A stretch of DNA of 64,000 nucleotides from Syntrophales bacterium (lineage in GTDB: Bacteria > Desulfobacterota > Syntrophia > Syntrophales > UBA4778): NCBI GenBank assembly GCA_963665615.2, contig CAXXQE010000008.1, positions 744,001 to 808,000 on the forward strand, read 5' to 3'. Position 1 is the stretch's first letter, and every line of letters begins with the position of its first letter. This document shows, in pieces, positions 21,192-30,992 of the stretch. Under the pieces are notes generated by a model. It saw only the letters and a list, made by a program, of their open reading frames with translations, did no database searches and was not told where the DNA came from. The position numbers and the translations under genes were made by a program.

Positions 21192-22925
21192 ATGAGAAGA
21201 ATAATAATTTCAATTAGTATGATGGTTTTCTTGTTGGCATCTTCGGCACAATGTGCCGTTTACTATGTCAGCGGCACATCCGGCAGCGACAGCAATCCTG
21301 GTACTATTACAGCACCATGGAAAACAATCTATAAAGCGAACATAGCGCTTCAGCCCGGCGATACCGTGTATATAAGGGGTGGTGTATATGAGGCTGGGGA
21401 TTCCATGAATGCCAAAGACTATCAACAGGCTATACGCCCCTCACAGTCGGGAGCAAATGGGAATGTTATTACCTACAGTGCTTACCCCGGGGAAACGGTG
21501 ACCGTTAAAGGCACTCATAACCGGAGCTTTGCCGTTAATCTTCAGAACAGGTCCTATATCAGGGTTACAGGTATTAATTTCCAGAATATGTACCTGTTCA
21601 TGTGGATTATGAATGGCAATTACAATGAGATAGACAAGTGCGTCTTTGGACCTATTCGATACAGAACCGATGGCGTTGGTCCGAACTGGCGGGGATCAAC
21701 AATTTACAAATCCTCGACGCACAATTATATACATGAAAACACCTTCTATGATTACGGGCAGTTTGTTTCCGGCAGTCAGGAAGGGGTTGTTTTTGAAATA
21801 GGAGACGGTTCTACGATACCCTGCACTGACGCGAGCCATTACAACACGATTGCGAACAACCATATCTACCATGGCGGCCATCATGTCTTCGGTATTAACA
21901 GCAAGTACAATGTGATAAGAGGAAACAATATACATAATGAAGGATGGTATGGCTCCTCGGAGTGCTCTGCATTATATGACGACGGAAAATGCGGCTACAG
22001 GGTTGTGTCGATGTCGGGCTATACAGAAACCACCGGCGAAAACCTGATTGAATCGAATAGAATCTCCTATGGTGGACCGGAACTGGATAACGTGATGATT
22101 GGCGGTTCTGGATTGTCCCTAGGTACAGCAAAAAATATTGTTCGCTTCAATGACTTCTATGGGAACAATATATACGGGCTCCGCCTGGGGACGTCTCTTT
22201 CCGCAGCAGGCTCGGATGTCAGATATAATAAAATATATAATAATACATTTTACCATAACGGATATGGACCAAATGCGGACGTGCCCCTTGCGAAGTATCC
22301 TCATTTAAGGTCCAGCTTATATATCAATGCCTCCAGTGGAAATATATCAATAATCAGTAATAACACTATTAAGAACAACCTTTTTTCGGCAGTATATCCC
22401 GGCGAATCGTCCATCTATCCCGCAAATTGGGCTGCCTATCAGGTGGTTTCAAACAATTGCGAAGAGTGTGTGGGCGATCCGGCGTTTGTCAATACCGACA
22501 TGAGCAACAAGCTATCGAATACGCTTCCAGACTTATCGCTTCAATCTAGCTCCCCCATTAAGAACACAGGATCGCATCTGACCGTGACAAACGGCAGCGG
22601 GTCATCGTCGCAGACCCTCGTTGTGGATGATGCGCGTTACTTTCAGGATGGAAAGTGGGGCTCTAATCTGTCAAGGGCCGCGAAGGTCATTCAAGCCGAT
22701 TGGATAGCGATTGGTACGGTTTATAATGCAGTTCAAATCAGTGCGATCGATTACTCGACAAATACGATCACCTTGGCTTCGCCAATGACATGGAAAGGTG
22801 GCGACTCTGTGTGGTTGTATAAAAAATCGGACGGGACGAAGGTGCTGTCCGGTACTGCTCCGGCCATGGGAGCGCATGAGGTAATTGAGCCGCCTGCCCC
22901 GCCACAAAACTTAATGTTCAAGTAA
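21192..22925 (+). CDS. Secreted right-handed parallel beta-helix protein (pectate-lyase-like fold)
   Basis: AAGGAGG RBS, signal peptide, YYVS..GSDSNPGT..PWKTI, PGDTVYIRGGVY, Asn-rich repeats; ends PPAPPQNLMFK. Confidence 0.8.
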   Translation: MRRIIISISMMVFLLASSAQCAVYYVSGTSGSDSNPGTITAPWKTIYKANIALQPGDTVYIRGGVYEAGDSMNAKDYQQAIRPSQSGANGNVITYSAYPGETVTVKGTHNRSFAVNLQNRSYIRVTGINFQNMYLFMWIMNGNYNEIDKCVFGPIRYRTDGVGPNWRGSTIYKSSTHNYIHENTFYDYGQFVSGSQEGVVFEIGDGSTIPCTDASHYNTIANNHIYHGGHHVFGINSKYNVIRGNNIHNEGWYGSSECSALYDDGKCGYRVVSMSGYTETTGENLIESNRISYGGPELDNVMIGGSGLSLGTAKNIVRFNDFYGNNIYGLRLGTSLSAAGSDVRYNKIYNNTFYHNGYGPNADVPLAKYPHLRSSLYINASSGNISIISNNTIKNNLFSAVYPGESSIYPANWAAYQVVSNNCEECVGDPAFVNTDMSNKLSNTLPDLSLQSSSPIKNTGSHLTVTNGSGSSSQTLVVDDARYFQDGKWGSNLSRAAKVIQADWIAIGTVYNAVQISAIDYSTNTITLASPMTWKGGDSVWLYKKSDGTKVLSGTAPAMGAHEVIEPPAPPQNLMFK

Positions 22926-23017
22926 ACTCTTCACCGAGACGCTACACGGTTTCCCATCCTCTAATATTTGGCAGCTGATTACGGATACGATGTGTCCGCA
23001 ATCAGCTGCCACTGCGA

Positions 23018-24538
23018 ATGCTGGTTGAGTATTCTTTATTGAGCCATAATAAATACAAATCCTTCTTCAGTACCGAGCAGCTCAAAGGGGGCATGAAGCA
23101 CAGGGCCATCCGAGGTGGCATTGTTACTTCTGTGAGCCAGGGTATTCTGTTCCTGTTGGGAATGGGCTCTGTTGTTATCCTGGCACGCATGCTTATTCCA
23201 GAGCATTTTGGATTGATAGGCATGGTGGCCTCACTTACCGTCCTCATTGAACGATTCCAGGATATCGGTCTCGGAGATGCAATCGTCCAGAAAGAAGAGA
23301 TCACTCATGAACAGGTGAGCACACTCTTCTGGATCAATCTCTGTATCTGCCTCTTTTTGACGTTGCTTGTTGTTCTTTCCGCTAAAGCTGTTGCATGGTT
23401 TTACAGCGATCAACGTTTAACGTGGATTACCATTGCACTGGCTTCGAACTTCGTCTTTTCAGGTTTGTCCATCCAGCATCAGGCGCTTATTCGGAGACGA
23501 ATGCGCTTTGACCATTTTTCTTTAATAAAAATCATATCGACATCAACGGGGATAGCAGTTGCAATTATTATGGCTTGGCGGGGATATGGTTATTGGGCCT
23601 TAGTATGGAAAGAACTTGCCAGAAGTATGATCAATACAACCCTTGCCTGGTCATTGTGCCCCTGGCGGCCAGGATTACCTGTGCGCGGCGCCGGTGTAAA
23701 ATCATTCCTTCGATTCGGCAGTAATGTCACTGGCTACAATATGCTATATTATTTAACAAATAATCTGGACTCCATTCTTATCGGTAAATTCTGCGGAGCG
23801 GTACCGGTTGGTCTCTATTCCCGAGCACGACAGCTGACAACTGTTCCCGTCAGTCAATTGCTTGAACCGATAAGGTATATCGCTCTGCCAATGCTCAGCA
23901 CATTCCAGAATGAACCAACGACTTACAGAAACTATTTTGAAAAAATGCTAGCCGTTCTTTCTTTTGTGTATATGCCTCTGATTGTATATGTTGGTATCTA
24001 TTCCCATCCCATCGTTTATCTCTCCCTAGGCTCCCGATGGATGGCTGCAGTTCCGATTTTTCGGATACTGGCCATCTCGATGTTTGCATCACCAATTATC
24101 GCGCTGCTTGGATTGATTATGCTGTCTTCCGGACAGACGAAGCGTTACTTCTTTTGGGGTCTTTTTACAAACCTTTCAACAGTGATTGCCTTTATTGTGG
24201 GAATTAAGTGGGGCGTCATTGGCGTTGCCTCATCATGGCCAGTCGCGACAGCGGTAAATCTGCTTTTTTCCCTCTTCTTTGTTTTCAAGGACTCGCCAGT
24301 CAGCATATCAATGACGCTCGATTGTGTATACAAGCCGGCTATAGCCAGTATCGCCATGGGGATATTACTCTTGCTGACCTATAGCTACCTGGATTCTCTT
24401 CACATTGTATTGCAGATAGCGCTATCCCTTCTCCTAGGGGTGGCAGTTTATATCGCCATCTGGGTGATTTTCCCAGGCGGGTATAATAATCTCTCTAAAT
24501 TTATTTCTTATCCCCTGTCCGCTCTGAAACGCAAATAA
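23018..24538 (+). CDS. Wzx-type polysaccharide flippase (WzxC-like)
   Basis: LARMLIPEHFGLIGM, DIGLGDAIVQ, STLFWINL, LDSILIGKF, GLYSRA. Confidence 0.88.
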   Translation: MLVEYSLLSHNKYKSFFSTEQLKGGMKHRAIRGGIVTSVSQGILFLLGMGSVVILARMLIPEHFGLIGMVASLTVLIERFQDIGLGDAIVQKEEITHEQVSTLFWINLCICLFLTLLVVLSAKAVAWFYSDQRLTWITIALASNFVFSGLSIQHQALIRRRMRFDHFSLIKIISTSTGIAVAIIMAWRGYGYWALVWKELARSMINTTLAWSLCPWRPGLPVRGAGVKSFLRFGSNVTGYNMLYYLTNNLDSILIGKFCGAVPVGLYSRARQLTTVPVSQLLEPIRYIALPMLSTFQNEPTTYRNYFEKMLAVLSFVYMPLIVYVGIYSHPIVYLSLGSRWMAAVPIFRILAISMFASPIIALLGLIMLSSGQTKRYFFWGLFTNLSTVIAFIVGIKWGVIGVASSWPVATAVNLLFSLFFVFKDSPVSISMTLDCVYKPAIASIAMGILLLLTYSYLDSLHIVLQIALSLLLGVAVYIAIWVIFPGGYNNLSKFISYPLSALKRK

Positions 24539-24669
24539 ATAGACCCAACTTATGGCGGCCAGAAGAGAGAAAATAACTTTGCGATTGCTCGGATATATCC
24601 ATTGTGTCTATAATATAAATAGAACCATCATCAACTTCAGTCCTATGCAGCAGAAATGGAAAGAGACTA

Positions 24670-26196
24670 ATGTTCGAAGCGCAGCCCGAAAAATACCACT
24701 ATAGACGTCAATACTTACTATCTCCCCGCCCAGTTGACGACTTCTCGAACTGGACGCAGACTCAAATTTCTGAATCCTGTTATCTGGCTACTCACCCCGA
24801 TCTGCCGGTAACGGTTGTTCATTGCCAAAAGAGATCCATTTATTTGTTGGGCTATATCATCGATCCCTATCATCCTTTCCATAACGATTCCCAGGTCATG
24901 CAGGAGGTCATTGATAAATCGAACACGGCGGAAGAAGTGTTTCTTAATATCGCTGACAAATGCGGCCGCTATGTGATTATCGTAAGGACAAATGCTGATT
25001 TTCGTATATTTAGCGATACATGTGGCACGCGGCAGGTCTTCTATCATACGGATAGTAATGGTGGGATGTGGTGTTCATCGCAGCCTCATATTATTGCGGC
25101 TCAGCTTGGCCTTCATGTCAACGAGGCTGTAAAAAGTGATTTACTTAAAACACCGCTCTTTAAATCTGATGAACACTGGTATCCAGGCAGCGTTACGCTC
25201 TTCGATAACATTTTTCATTTGATACCTAATCACTATCTTGACATCGCATCGGGATTAGTCACAAGGTACTGGCCCAAAGAGCGCCTTGATCCGATCTCAA
25301 TGGCGGAATGCCTACCGCAGGTCATGAACTTATTGAAAGGTATTATCAGAGGCGCGGCATATCGCTATAATCTCGCATTTGCGATCTCCTGCGGTCTTGA
25401 CAGCAGAACTCTCTTTGCCGTCAGCAGGGAGGCTGCAAAGCAGATTCACTATTTTACCCTGGCTTCCAAGAAGTCTGTTGCAACCAACCCCGATGTGCTT
25501 ATTCCGGAAGCCATGCTCAGGCGATTTGATCTGGAACATAGTGTTCTGATTCTTCCGGAAAAATTGGATGATAATCTTAAAACAATTCTGCAGAAGAGCG
25601 TTTTTACGGCACGTACAATCAAAGGCTTGAATGTAGTCGCACTGCATGAGCGCTTTAAAAATGAGGACCGCGAAGTTGCTGTTATGTTCGGCAATTGCAG
25701 CGAGATAACCAAGCGTGATCGTTTCCGATTTCCCAAGACGCCGAAACAGTTAATCACCGGTTCGTCGCTGGCCGCGATGGCATTTATGAGACAAAGTAAG
25801 ATCGCAGTTAGGGAGTTCGATAAATGGTTGGCTCCGGTTAAAAAGCTGACGAAGTATAATATTGACATACTGGACTTGATGCACTGGGAACAGCGGGTAG
25901 GCAACTGGGGGGCCATGACGTTTTCTGAATACGATGTCGTGCATGAGTCCATCTGTCCATACAGTTGCCGAAAATATATTGAATATATGCTACGTGTTCC
26001 TTTTAAATATAGAACGAATCCAGACTATGAATTACATCACAAGATTATAGCAAACGCATGGCCAGAAGCGCTTGAATTTGAAATCAATCCTGAAAAGAAT
26101 TTGATCAAAAAGAGTGTAGAAGAATTTCTCTATCGAACAAAACTCTATGATCCCATCAAGTATCTTCACATCATGTATTATAAACCGATCAAATAA
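24670..26196 (+). CDS. Asparagine-synthetase-like ATP-dependent ligase, no N-terminal catalytic Cys
   Basis: SDTCGTRQVFY (AsnB-like DxxGxR..Y) and PP-loop-like ISCGLDSR. Confidence 0.55.
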   Translation: MFEAQPEKYHYRRQYLLSPRPVDDFSNWTQTQISESCYLATHPDLPVTVVHCQKRSIYLLGYIIDPYHPFHNDSQVMQEVIDKSNTAEEVFLNIADKCGRYVIIVRTNADFRIFSDTCGTRQVFYHTDSNGGMWCSSQPHIIAAQLGLHVNEAVKSDLLKTPLFKSDEHWYPGSVTLFDNIFHLIPNHYLDIASGLVTRYWPKERLDPISMAECLPQVMNLLKGIIRGAAYRYNLAFAISCGLDSRTLFAVSREAAKQIHYFTLASKKSVATNPDVLIPEAMLRRFDLEHSVLILPEKLDDNLKTILQKSVFTARTIKGLNVVALHERFKNEDREVAVMFGNCSEITKRDRFRFPKTPKQLITGSSLAAMAFMRQSKIAVREFDKWLAPVKKLTKYNIDILDLMHWEQRVGNWGAMTFSEYDVVHESICPYSCRKYIEYMLRVPFKYRTNPDYELHHKIIANAWPEALEFEINPEKNLIKKSVEEFLYRTKLYDPIKYLHIMYYKPIK

Positions 26197-26217
26197 TTAT
26201 ATCAGGAGAAGCAATTA

Positions 26218-27039
26218 ATGGATGAATCTGTGAAAAATTATCCGATAGGCGTTTTCGATTCCGGTATCGGTGGACTGACGGTTGTGAATGAGTTGCTAAA
26301 GGTCATGCCCTATGAAGATATCGTGTACCTCGGAGATACGGCACGGCTACCCTACGGATCAAAGTCTAACAGTCTGATTACCAGGTTTTCAGTGGAAAAT
26401 TCTATTTTCCTGAATTCCAAGAAGGTTAAAATGATTGTGATCGCATGTAATACCGCCTCTGCGGCCAGTGCGGATTACCTGCGAAGTTTTATCAAGCTGC
26501 CGGTCATTGGCGTAATTGAATGCGGGGCGTTGGGGGCAGTTAGGCTTACCCGAAATAAGCGGGTCGGAGTGATCGGAACCAAGAGCACCATCAACAGCGG
26601 GGCCTATTCGAAGACGATTAAAAACCTCGATCAGGAAATAAAGGTATTCGAAGTGCCGACTCCGTTGCTTGTTCATTTGGTAGAAGAAAACTGGGTTGAA
26701 AAGAATGTTACGAAGGCCATCCTGGAGGAATATCTGAAACCGCTGCTTGAGAATGACATCGATACGCTCATCCTAGGCTGCACCCATTACCCATTGTTGA
26801 AAGAGCAGATCCATGCCATCACGGGTAGCAATGTAGCACTGGTCGATTCGAGCAAAGAAATAGCCCTTCTCGTGCTTAATACACTAAAAATACAAAACAT
26901 CCTTTCAACAAGAAAGGAGCTGGGTACAACGAACATATTTCTTAGCGACTTGCATCCCGAATTCTCAAAATGGGCGAAAGGGTTTCTGGGAAAAGAAGTT
27001 ACAGCGAACTTAGTTAATATCGAGGAATACGGGTTTTAA
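26218..27039 (+). CDS. murI: Glutamate racemase
   Basis: IGVFDSGIGGLTV, GDTARLPYG, IACNTAS, LGCTHYP (both catalytic Cys present). Confidence 0.95.
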   Translation: MDESVKNYPIGVFDSGIGGLTVVNELLKVMPYEDIVYLGDTARLPYGSKSNSLITRFSVENSIFLNSKKVKMIVIACNTASAASADYLRSFIKLPVIGVIECGALGAVRLTRNKRVGVIGTKSTINSGAYSKTIKNLDQEIKVFEVPTPLLVHLVEENWVEKNVTKAILEEYLKPLLENDIDTLILGCTHYPLLKEQIHAITGSNVALVDSSKEIALLVLNTLKIQNILSTRKELGTTNIFLSDLHPEFSKWAKGFLGKEVTANLVNIEEYGF

Positions 27040-27125
27040 TAACAAACCATTATGAATGGGGTCATGCCTTGCGGCGTCACAATAATGATTGATGACACGC
27101 TGGAGGGCAGGATGAGGTCATCAAA

Positions 27126-28061
27126 GTGTCTATCATTGGTCGTGTTAAACAAAAAATGTTTCCATCCCTTGCCGAGCAACTGGGTTATTCAAATAAAGAC
27201 ATTCTCGTCATCGTTAATATCGATGATGTAGGCATCCATCCGGATGAGACAGAGGCAAGCTTCAGCACCCTGAATTACGGACTGGTCAAAAGCGGAAGCA
27301 TCATGGTTCCCTGCCCCAGTTTTAATCGTGCGATAAAATTGTGGAAGGAAAATGTCAAACTGGATCTGGGTATACATCTCACGTTGACATGCGAATGGGG
27401 CAAGAAATATTCTTGGTCTCCGGTTCTTCCCGAAACCATGGTTCCAAGTCTCTATAATTCAGAGGGGATCATGTGGCCGGATATACCTTCCCTCCTGCAG
27501 CATGCGAAACGAGAGGAAATTTACGCAGAATTGGAATCCCAGATCAAAAGGATTCTAGATGAGGGCTTGGGGCCGAGTCATCTAGATCATCATATGGATT
27601 TTTACTATCATGCAGATTTGTTTTCCGACGTTATGAATTTGTCTTACAAGTATAATCTTCCCATGCGAGTCTGGAGAAGACGAGTGTACAGATTGCCCCT
27701 TTACAAAAATAATCTGATGTCCCTGCGCGAAAAGGGATATGTTTTCCCAGATACTCAGAAAGGTATCTATATGATGGGTGGGGATAATCAGTCGCTGGAT
27801 TTCCGGAAAGCAAAATACTACGAACATCTTCGATCATTAAAACCGGGGGTGCACAATATTAAAGTGCATATAGCGTTTCAGACAGAAGAACTGCAAAGCA
27901 TTATGGGCAGTCATAGCTCGTCAATCCGGCAAATTGATTATGATGTATGGACCTCTGATGATACCAGGAAACTGGCTGAAGAGCTTGGAATCACTTTTAT
28001 AGGCTATAGACCTTTACAGCAATTACAGGGAAGATTAATGAAAGGAAGAAGCATAAAATAA
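27126..28061 (+). CDS. ChbG/YdjC-family carbohydrate deacetylase
   Basis: IVNIDDVG, DLGIHLTLTCEW, SHLDHHM. Confidence 0.82.
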   Translation: MSIIGRVKQKMFPSLAEQLGYSNKDILVIVNIDDVGIHPDETEASFSTLNYGLVKSGSIMVPCPSFNRAIKLWKENVKLDLGIHLTLTCEWGKKYSWSPVLPETMVPSLYNSEGIMWPDIPSLLQHAKREEIYAELESQIKRILDEGLGPSHLDHHMDFYYHADLFSDVMNLSYKYNLPMRVWRRRVYRLPLYKNNLMSLREKGYVFPDTQKGIYMMGGDNQSLDFRKAKYYEHLRSLKPGVHNIKVHIAFQTEELQSIMGSHSSSIRQIDYDVWTSDDTRKLAEELGITFIGYRPLQQLQGRLMKGRSIK

Positions 28062-28553
28062 ATGCAGAAATCCCTTATTAGAAGAATGGTGAATCGCATT
28101 CTGCATTTGATCGCTCAATTCGGTCCCGGTGCAACAAGCTTGCGTCCTTTATTACATAAATTGAGAGGCGTCAAAATTTATGGAGATGTCTATATTGGTG
28201 ATAATGTCTATTTGGAAAACGAATATCCAGAATGTATTGAAATCCATCATGGCGCGGGGATCGCACTTCAGAGTGTGATTTTAGCTCATACGAGAGGAAG
28301 CGGCAAAGTAATCATTGGCAAAAATGCCAATATATTTGCCAGGTGCATGATTATGGCATCGCATAATCAAGTATTGACTATCGGTGAAGGAGTTGTAGTC
28401 GCTGCTGGCTCTATTGTTACTAAAGATGTTCCTCCTTATACATTTGTCGGAGGATCTCCTGCAAAACCGATTGCGAAAATTACCGTTCCTCTTTTGTGGA
28501 CTCCAGAATATACAAGTATTGAAGATTTCAAGAAGGGGTTGGCGAAGTTATGA
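28062..28553 (+). CDS. Hexapeptide-repeat acyltransferase
   Basis: IGEGVVVAAGSIVTKDVPPYTFVGGSPAKPI. Confidence 0.82.
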   Translation: MQKSLIRRMVNRILHLIAQFGPGATSLRPLLHKLRGVKIYGDVYIGDNVYLENEYPECIEIHHGAGIALQSVILAHTRGSGKVIIGKNANIFARCMIMASHNQVLTIGEGVVVAAGSIVTKDVPPYTFVGGSPAKPIAKITVPLLWTPEYTSIEDFKKGLAKL

Positions 28554-29407
28554 GTAGGGTTACACTCGCTTGCCTTATAATCGACGATCCGCTTCTAAGA
28601 CCTCAATACGGAGCACTTAATTATAAAGAGCTTTTGAAGGAAATGAAGATTCACAATTTCTTCACTGAGATTGCCTTCATTCCATGGAACTATAATAGAA
28701 GCCATCGTGATATGGTAAAGTTTTTTCATGATAATCGCGATCGCTATGCTTTATGTGTTCATGGTTGCGATCATGTACGAAATGAGTTTGGAGTAGGGAA
28801 CTACGAAGAGCTTAGCAAACTGTCTTCGACCGCTCTATGGCGTATGGAGCAACACAAGCAAATTACAGGACTGCCATATGATCCTGTCATGGTTTTTCCC
28901 CAGGGCAGGTTTTCCTCGATTGCGATGAAGGTGCTGAAAGAACACGGTTATCTGGCGGCATTCAACTCGACACTTCGCTCCACGGATGGCGAAGACCCTC
29001 CAGCAGAGGAATATCGGCAGCCGGCAACTATGATGTACCATGGATTTCCACTATTCCTGCGGCGCTATCCGAAGGATAGGGAAAAGTTCCTCGACGATAT
29101 CAGGACAGGACGACCAGTAGTCATCGTAGAACATCACGGTGTTTTTAAAGATAGATGCAAAGAGATCACAGATTTAGTCGACTGGATCAATAGTTTTGGA
29201 AATATTCGATGGACATCCCTGCTGCAGATAGCAGAACATTATTTGAAACAAAAGGCTGCTATGCAAGAAAGTTCACCTTCTCCATATCAGCAATGCTTGA
29301 GTTATCGCAGTAAGGTCGCCTTTAGGCGCTACCTCTCAGAAATGCGCGACAATCACGTTGAGACAAACAAACTCTTAAGCAAGATATACAGAAAGATTAT
29401 GGGCTAA
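28550..29407 (+). CDS. Putative polysaccharide deacetylase-like protein
   Basis: LIIDDP, LCVHGCDH (HxxxH), VMVFPQG, VEHH. Confidence 0.55.
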   Translation: MSRVTLACLIIDDPLLRPQYGALNYKELLKEMKIHNFFTEIAFIPWNYNRSHRDMVKFFHDNRDRYALCVHGCDHVRNEFGVGNYEELSKLSSTALWRMEQHKQITGLPYDPVMVFPQGRFSSIAMKVLKEHGYLAAFNSTLRSTDGEDPPAEEYRQPATMMYHGFPLFLRRYPKDREKFLDDIRTGRPVVIVEHHGVFKDRCKEITDLVDWINSFGNIRWTSLLQIAEHYLKQKAAMQESSPSPYQQCLSYRSKVAFRRYLSEMRDNHVETNKLLSKIYRKIMG

Positions 29408-29524
29408 ACTTTTTGTCATATCTGCATGTCGACGTGAATGAGCAATAAAATCTCGGCTCCTAGTGATTAATCCCCCATTAAGCGGCTCATATCTTTGGGA
29501 CATCCTAACTTATATTTTCGCAAA

Positions 29525-30679
29525 ATGCTTGCGGCAAGTGTCATAAAAAATAGCTCTGCTTATTTGGAATTGCACTCGGTTAGTTCGGGTTGCGGGATGC
29601 TTGCCGCCTTGCAGTCGCATCTTCCTGATGATCGCAACTGGGACGAATTTCTAGCCGCCTCACCGTATGGCCATTTTTATCAAACAAGCAAATGGGGACA
29701 GGTAAGACGACTGGATGGATGGCAGCCGCTTATTGTTGTCATAACCCTCGACAGTGTAATTGTCGGCGGTTTTCAGATCCTGACACGCTCAAAAGGCAAG
29801 CTAGGGAAAATTGGCCTTCTTCTTAAAGGGCCGGTGGTAGATTGCGATGATCCAATCGTCTTAAATTTTACAATTGAAGCCATAAAGAAAGCGGCAAAAG
29901 CGAACCGGATCAATGCGCTTTTTATCCAACCTTCCGATAGGGACAAGAGAATGGAAGACTACCTGATAAGGTACGATTTTTCTTCCAATCACCTTGAATA
30001 TGTAATCAAGAACAATACGGTGGTAGTTGATTTAAACCGAACTGAAGAAGAAATGTTCAAGGCGATAAAACGTACCAAAAGACAGAATATCAATACGGCA
30101 ATACGTCAGTGCGTCAAGGTTCGCGAGGGGAGTAAGGATGAACTGGAGACGTTCTTTAATTTCATGTTGGAAACCTGCAAAAGGCAGAACGTGTCACCGA
30201 GTCCGTCAAAGTTGGAGTTTCTTGAGTTGCTGTGGGACAGGTTTTCGCCTGCGGGGCAAGTGAAACTTTTTGTGTCTGAATACGAAGGTGAAGCGGTCAC
30301 TTGCCTGATGGTGATTCTTTTGGGTCGGAAAGCTTACTTATGGAAGTTCGGTTGGTCTGGTAAGTTTCCGAAACTTTCTCCAAACTTGATTCTTTACTGG
30401 GAAATCTTCAAATGGGCAAGGGAACATGGGTATCTCTGGGCTGATTTGGGAGCCCTTGATAAAGACCTGGCTAATACATTATGGCGTAATGAGCGTATCA
30501 GCGATGATCAGGCGAAGACCTATTCCTATTTGAAAGTAAGCTTTGACGGGGAAGTTCTCCGGCTTTCTGAGGGCTTTGTGTATATTCAAAATCCACTGGT
30601 TCGCTGGGCATACAATGCATTTATGCCGTACATTAATTCAAAGCCATTTTTGAAAAGAAGACTACTGTTTGGCGAATAG
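29525..30679 (+). CDS. FemAB/FemX-like aminoacyl-transferase (GNAT fold)
   Basis: GHFYQTSKWGQVR, KGPVVD, VVDLNRTEEEMF..IKRTKRQNI, PNLILYWEIFKWAREHG; start uncertain (29495/29525/29597). Confidence 0.8.
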   Translation: MLAASVIKNSSAYLELHSVSSGCGMLAALQSHLPDDRNWDEFLAASPYGHFYQTSKWGQVRRLDGWQPLIVVITLDSVIVGGFQILTRSKGKLGKIGLLLKGPVVDCDDPIVLNFTIEAIKKAAKANRINALFIQPSDRDKRMEDYLIRYDFSSNHLEYVIKNNTVVVDLNRTEEEMFKAIKRTKRQNINTAIRQCVKVREGSKDELETFFNFMLETCKRQNVSPSPSKLEFLELLWDRFSPAGQVKLFVSEYEGEAVTCLMVILLGRKAYLWKFGWSGKFPKLSPNLILYWEIFKWAREHGYLWADLGALDKDLANTLWRNERISDDQAKTYSYLKVSFDGEVLRLSEGFVYIQNPLVRWAYNAFMPYINSKPFLKRRLLFGE

Positions 30680-30692
30680 CGCCTGATGCCGC

Positions 30693-30900
30693 AGCGACGA
30701 GTCACGGGTTACGAGTGACAAGCCAATAAAGACTTTCAACGGTGAATAGGGAACGGTCAACAGAGCGAAGGTGGCAGTAGAAAGACAGCGCCGAGTGAGA
30801 AGCATAAAAAGCAGTGACCGAGTAATAAGCAAAAAAACGGTAAACAGTAAATAGTGAACAGTAAAAAACAGTCACGAGTCGCGGGTAACGAGTGACGAGC
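30693..30900. repeat. A-rich 7-bp-period tract after FemAB-like gene
   Basis: cgacgagtcacgggttacgagtgacaag ... ggtaaacagtaaatagtgaacagtaaa ... agtcacgagtcgcgggtaacgagtgacgag. Confidence 0.8.
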
Positions 30901-30992
30901 GGGTAAAGATCGAAGTTGAGAAGCAAAGAGCATAGGACGTTAACGCGAGAAAGACATTAAGACCAGTTTACGGGTGCTAAAGGAATGATTTT

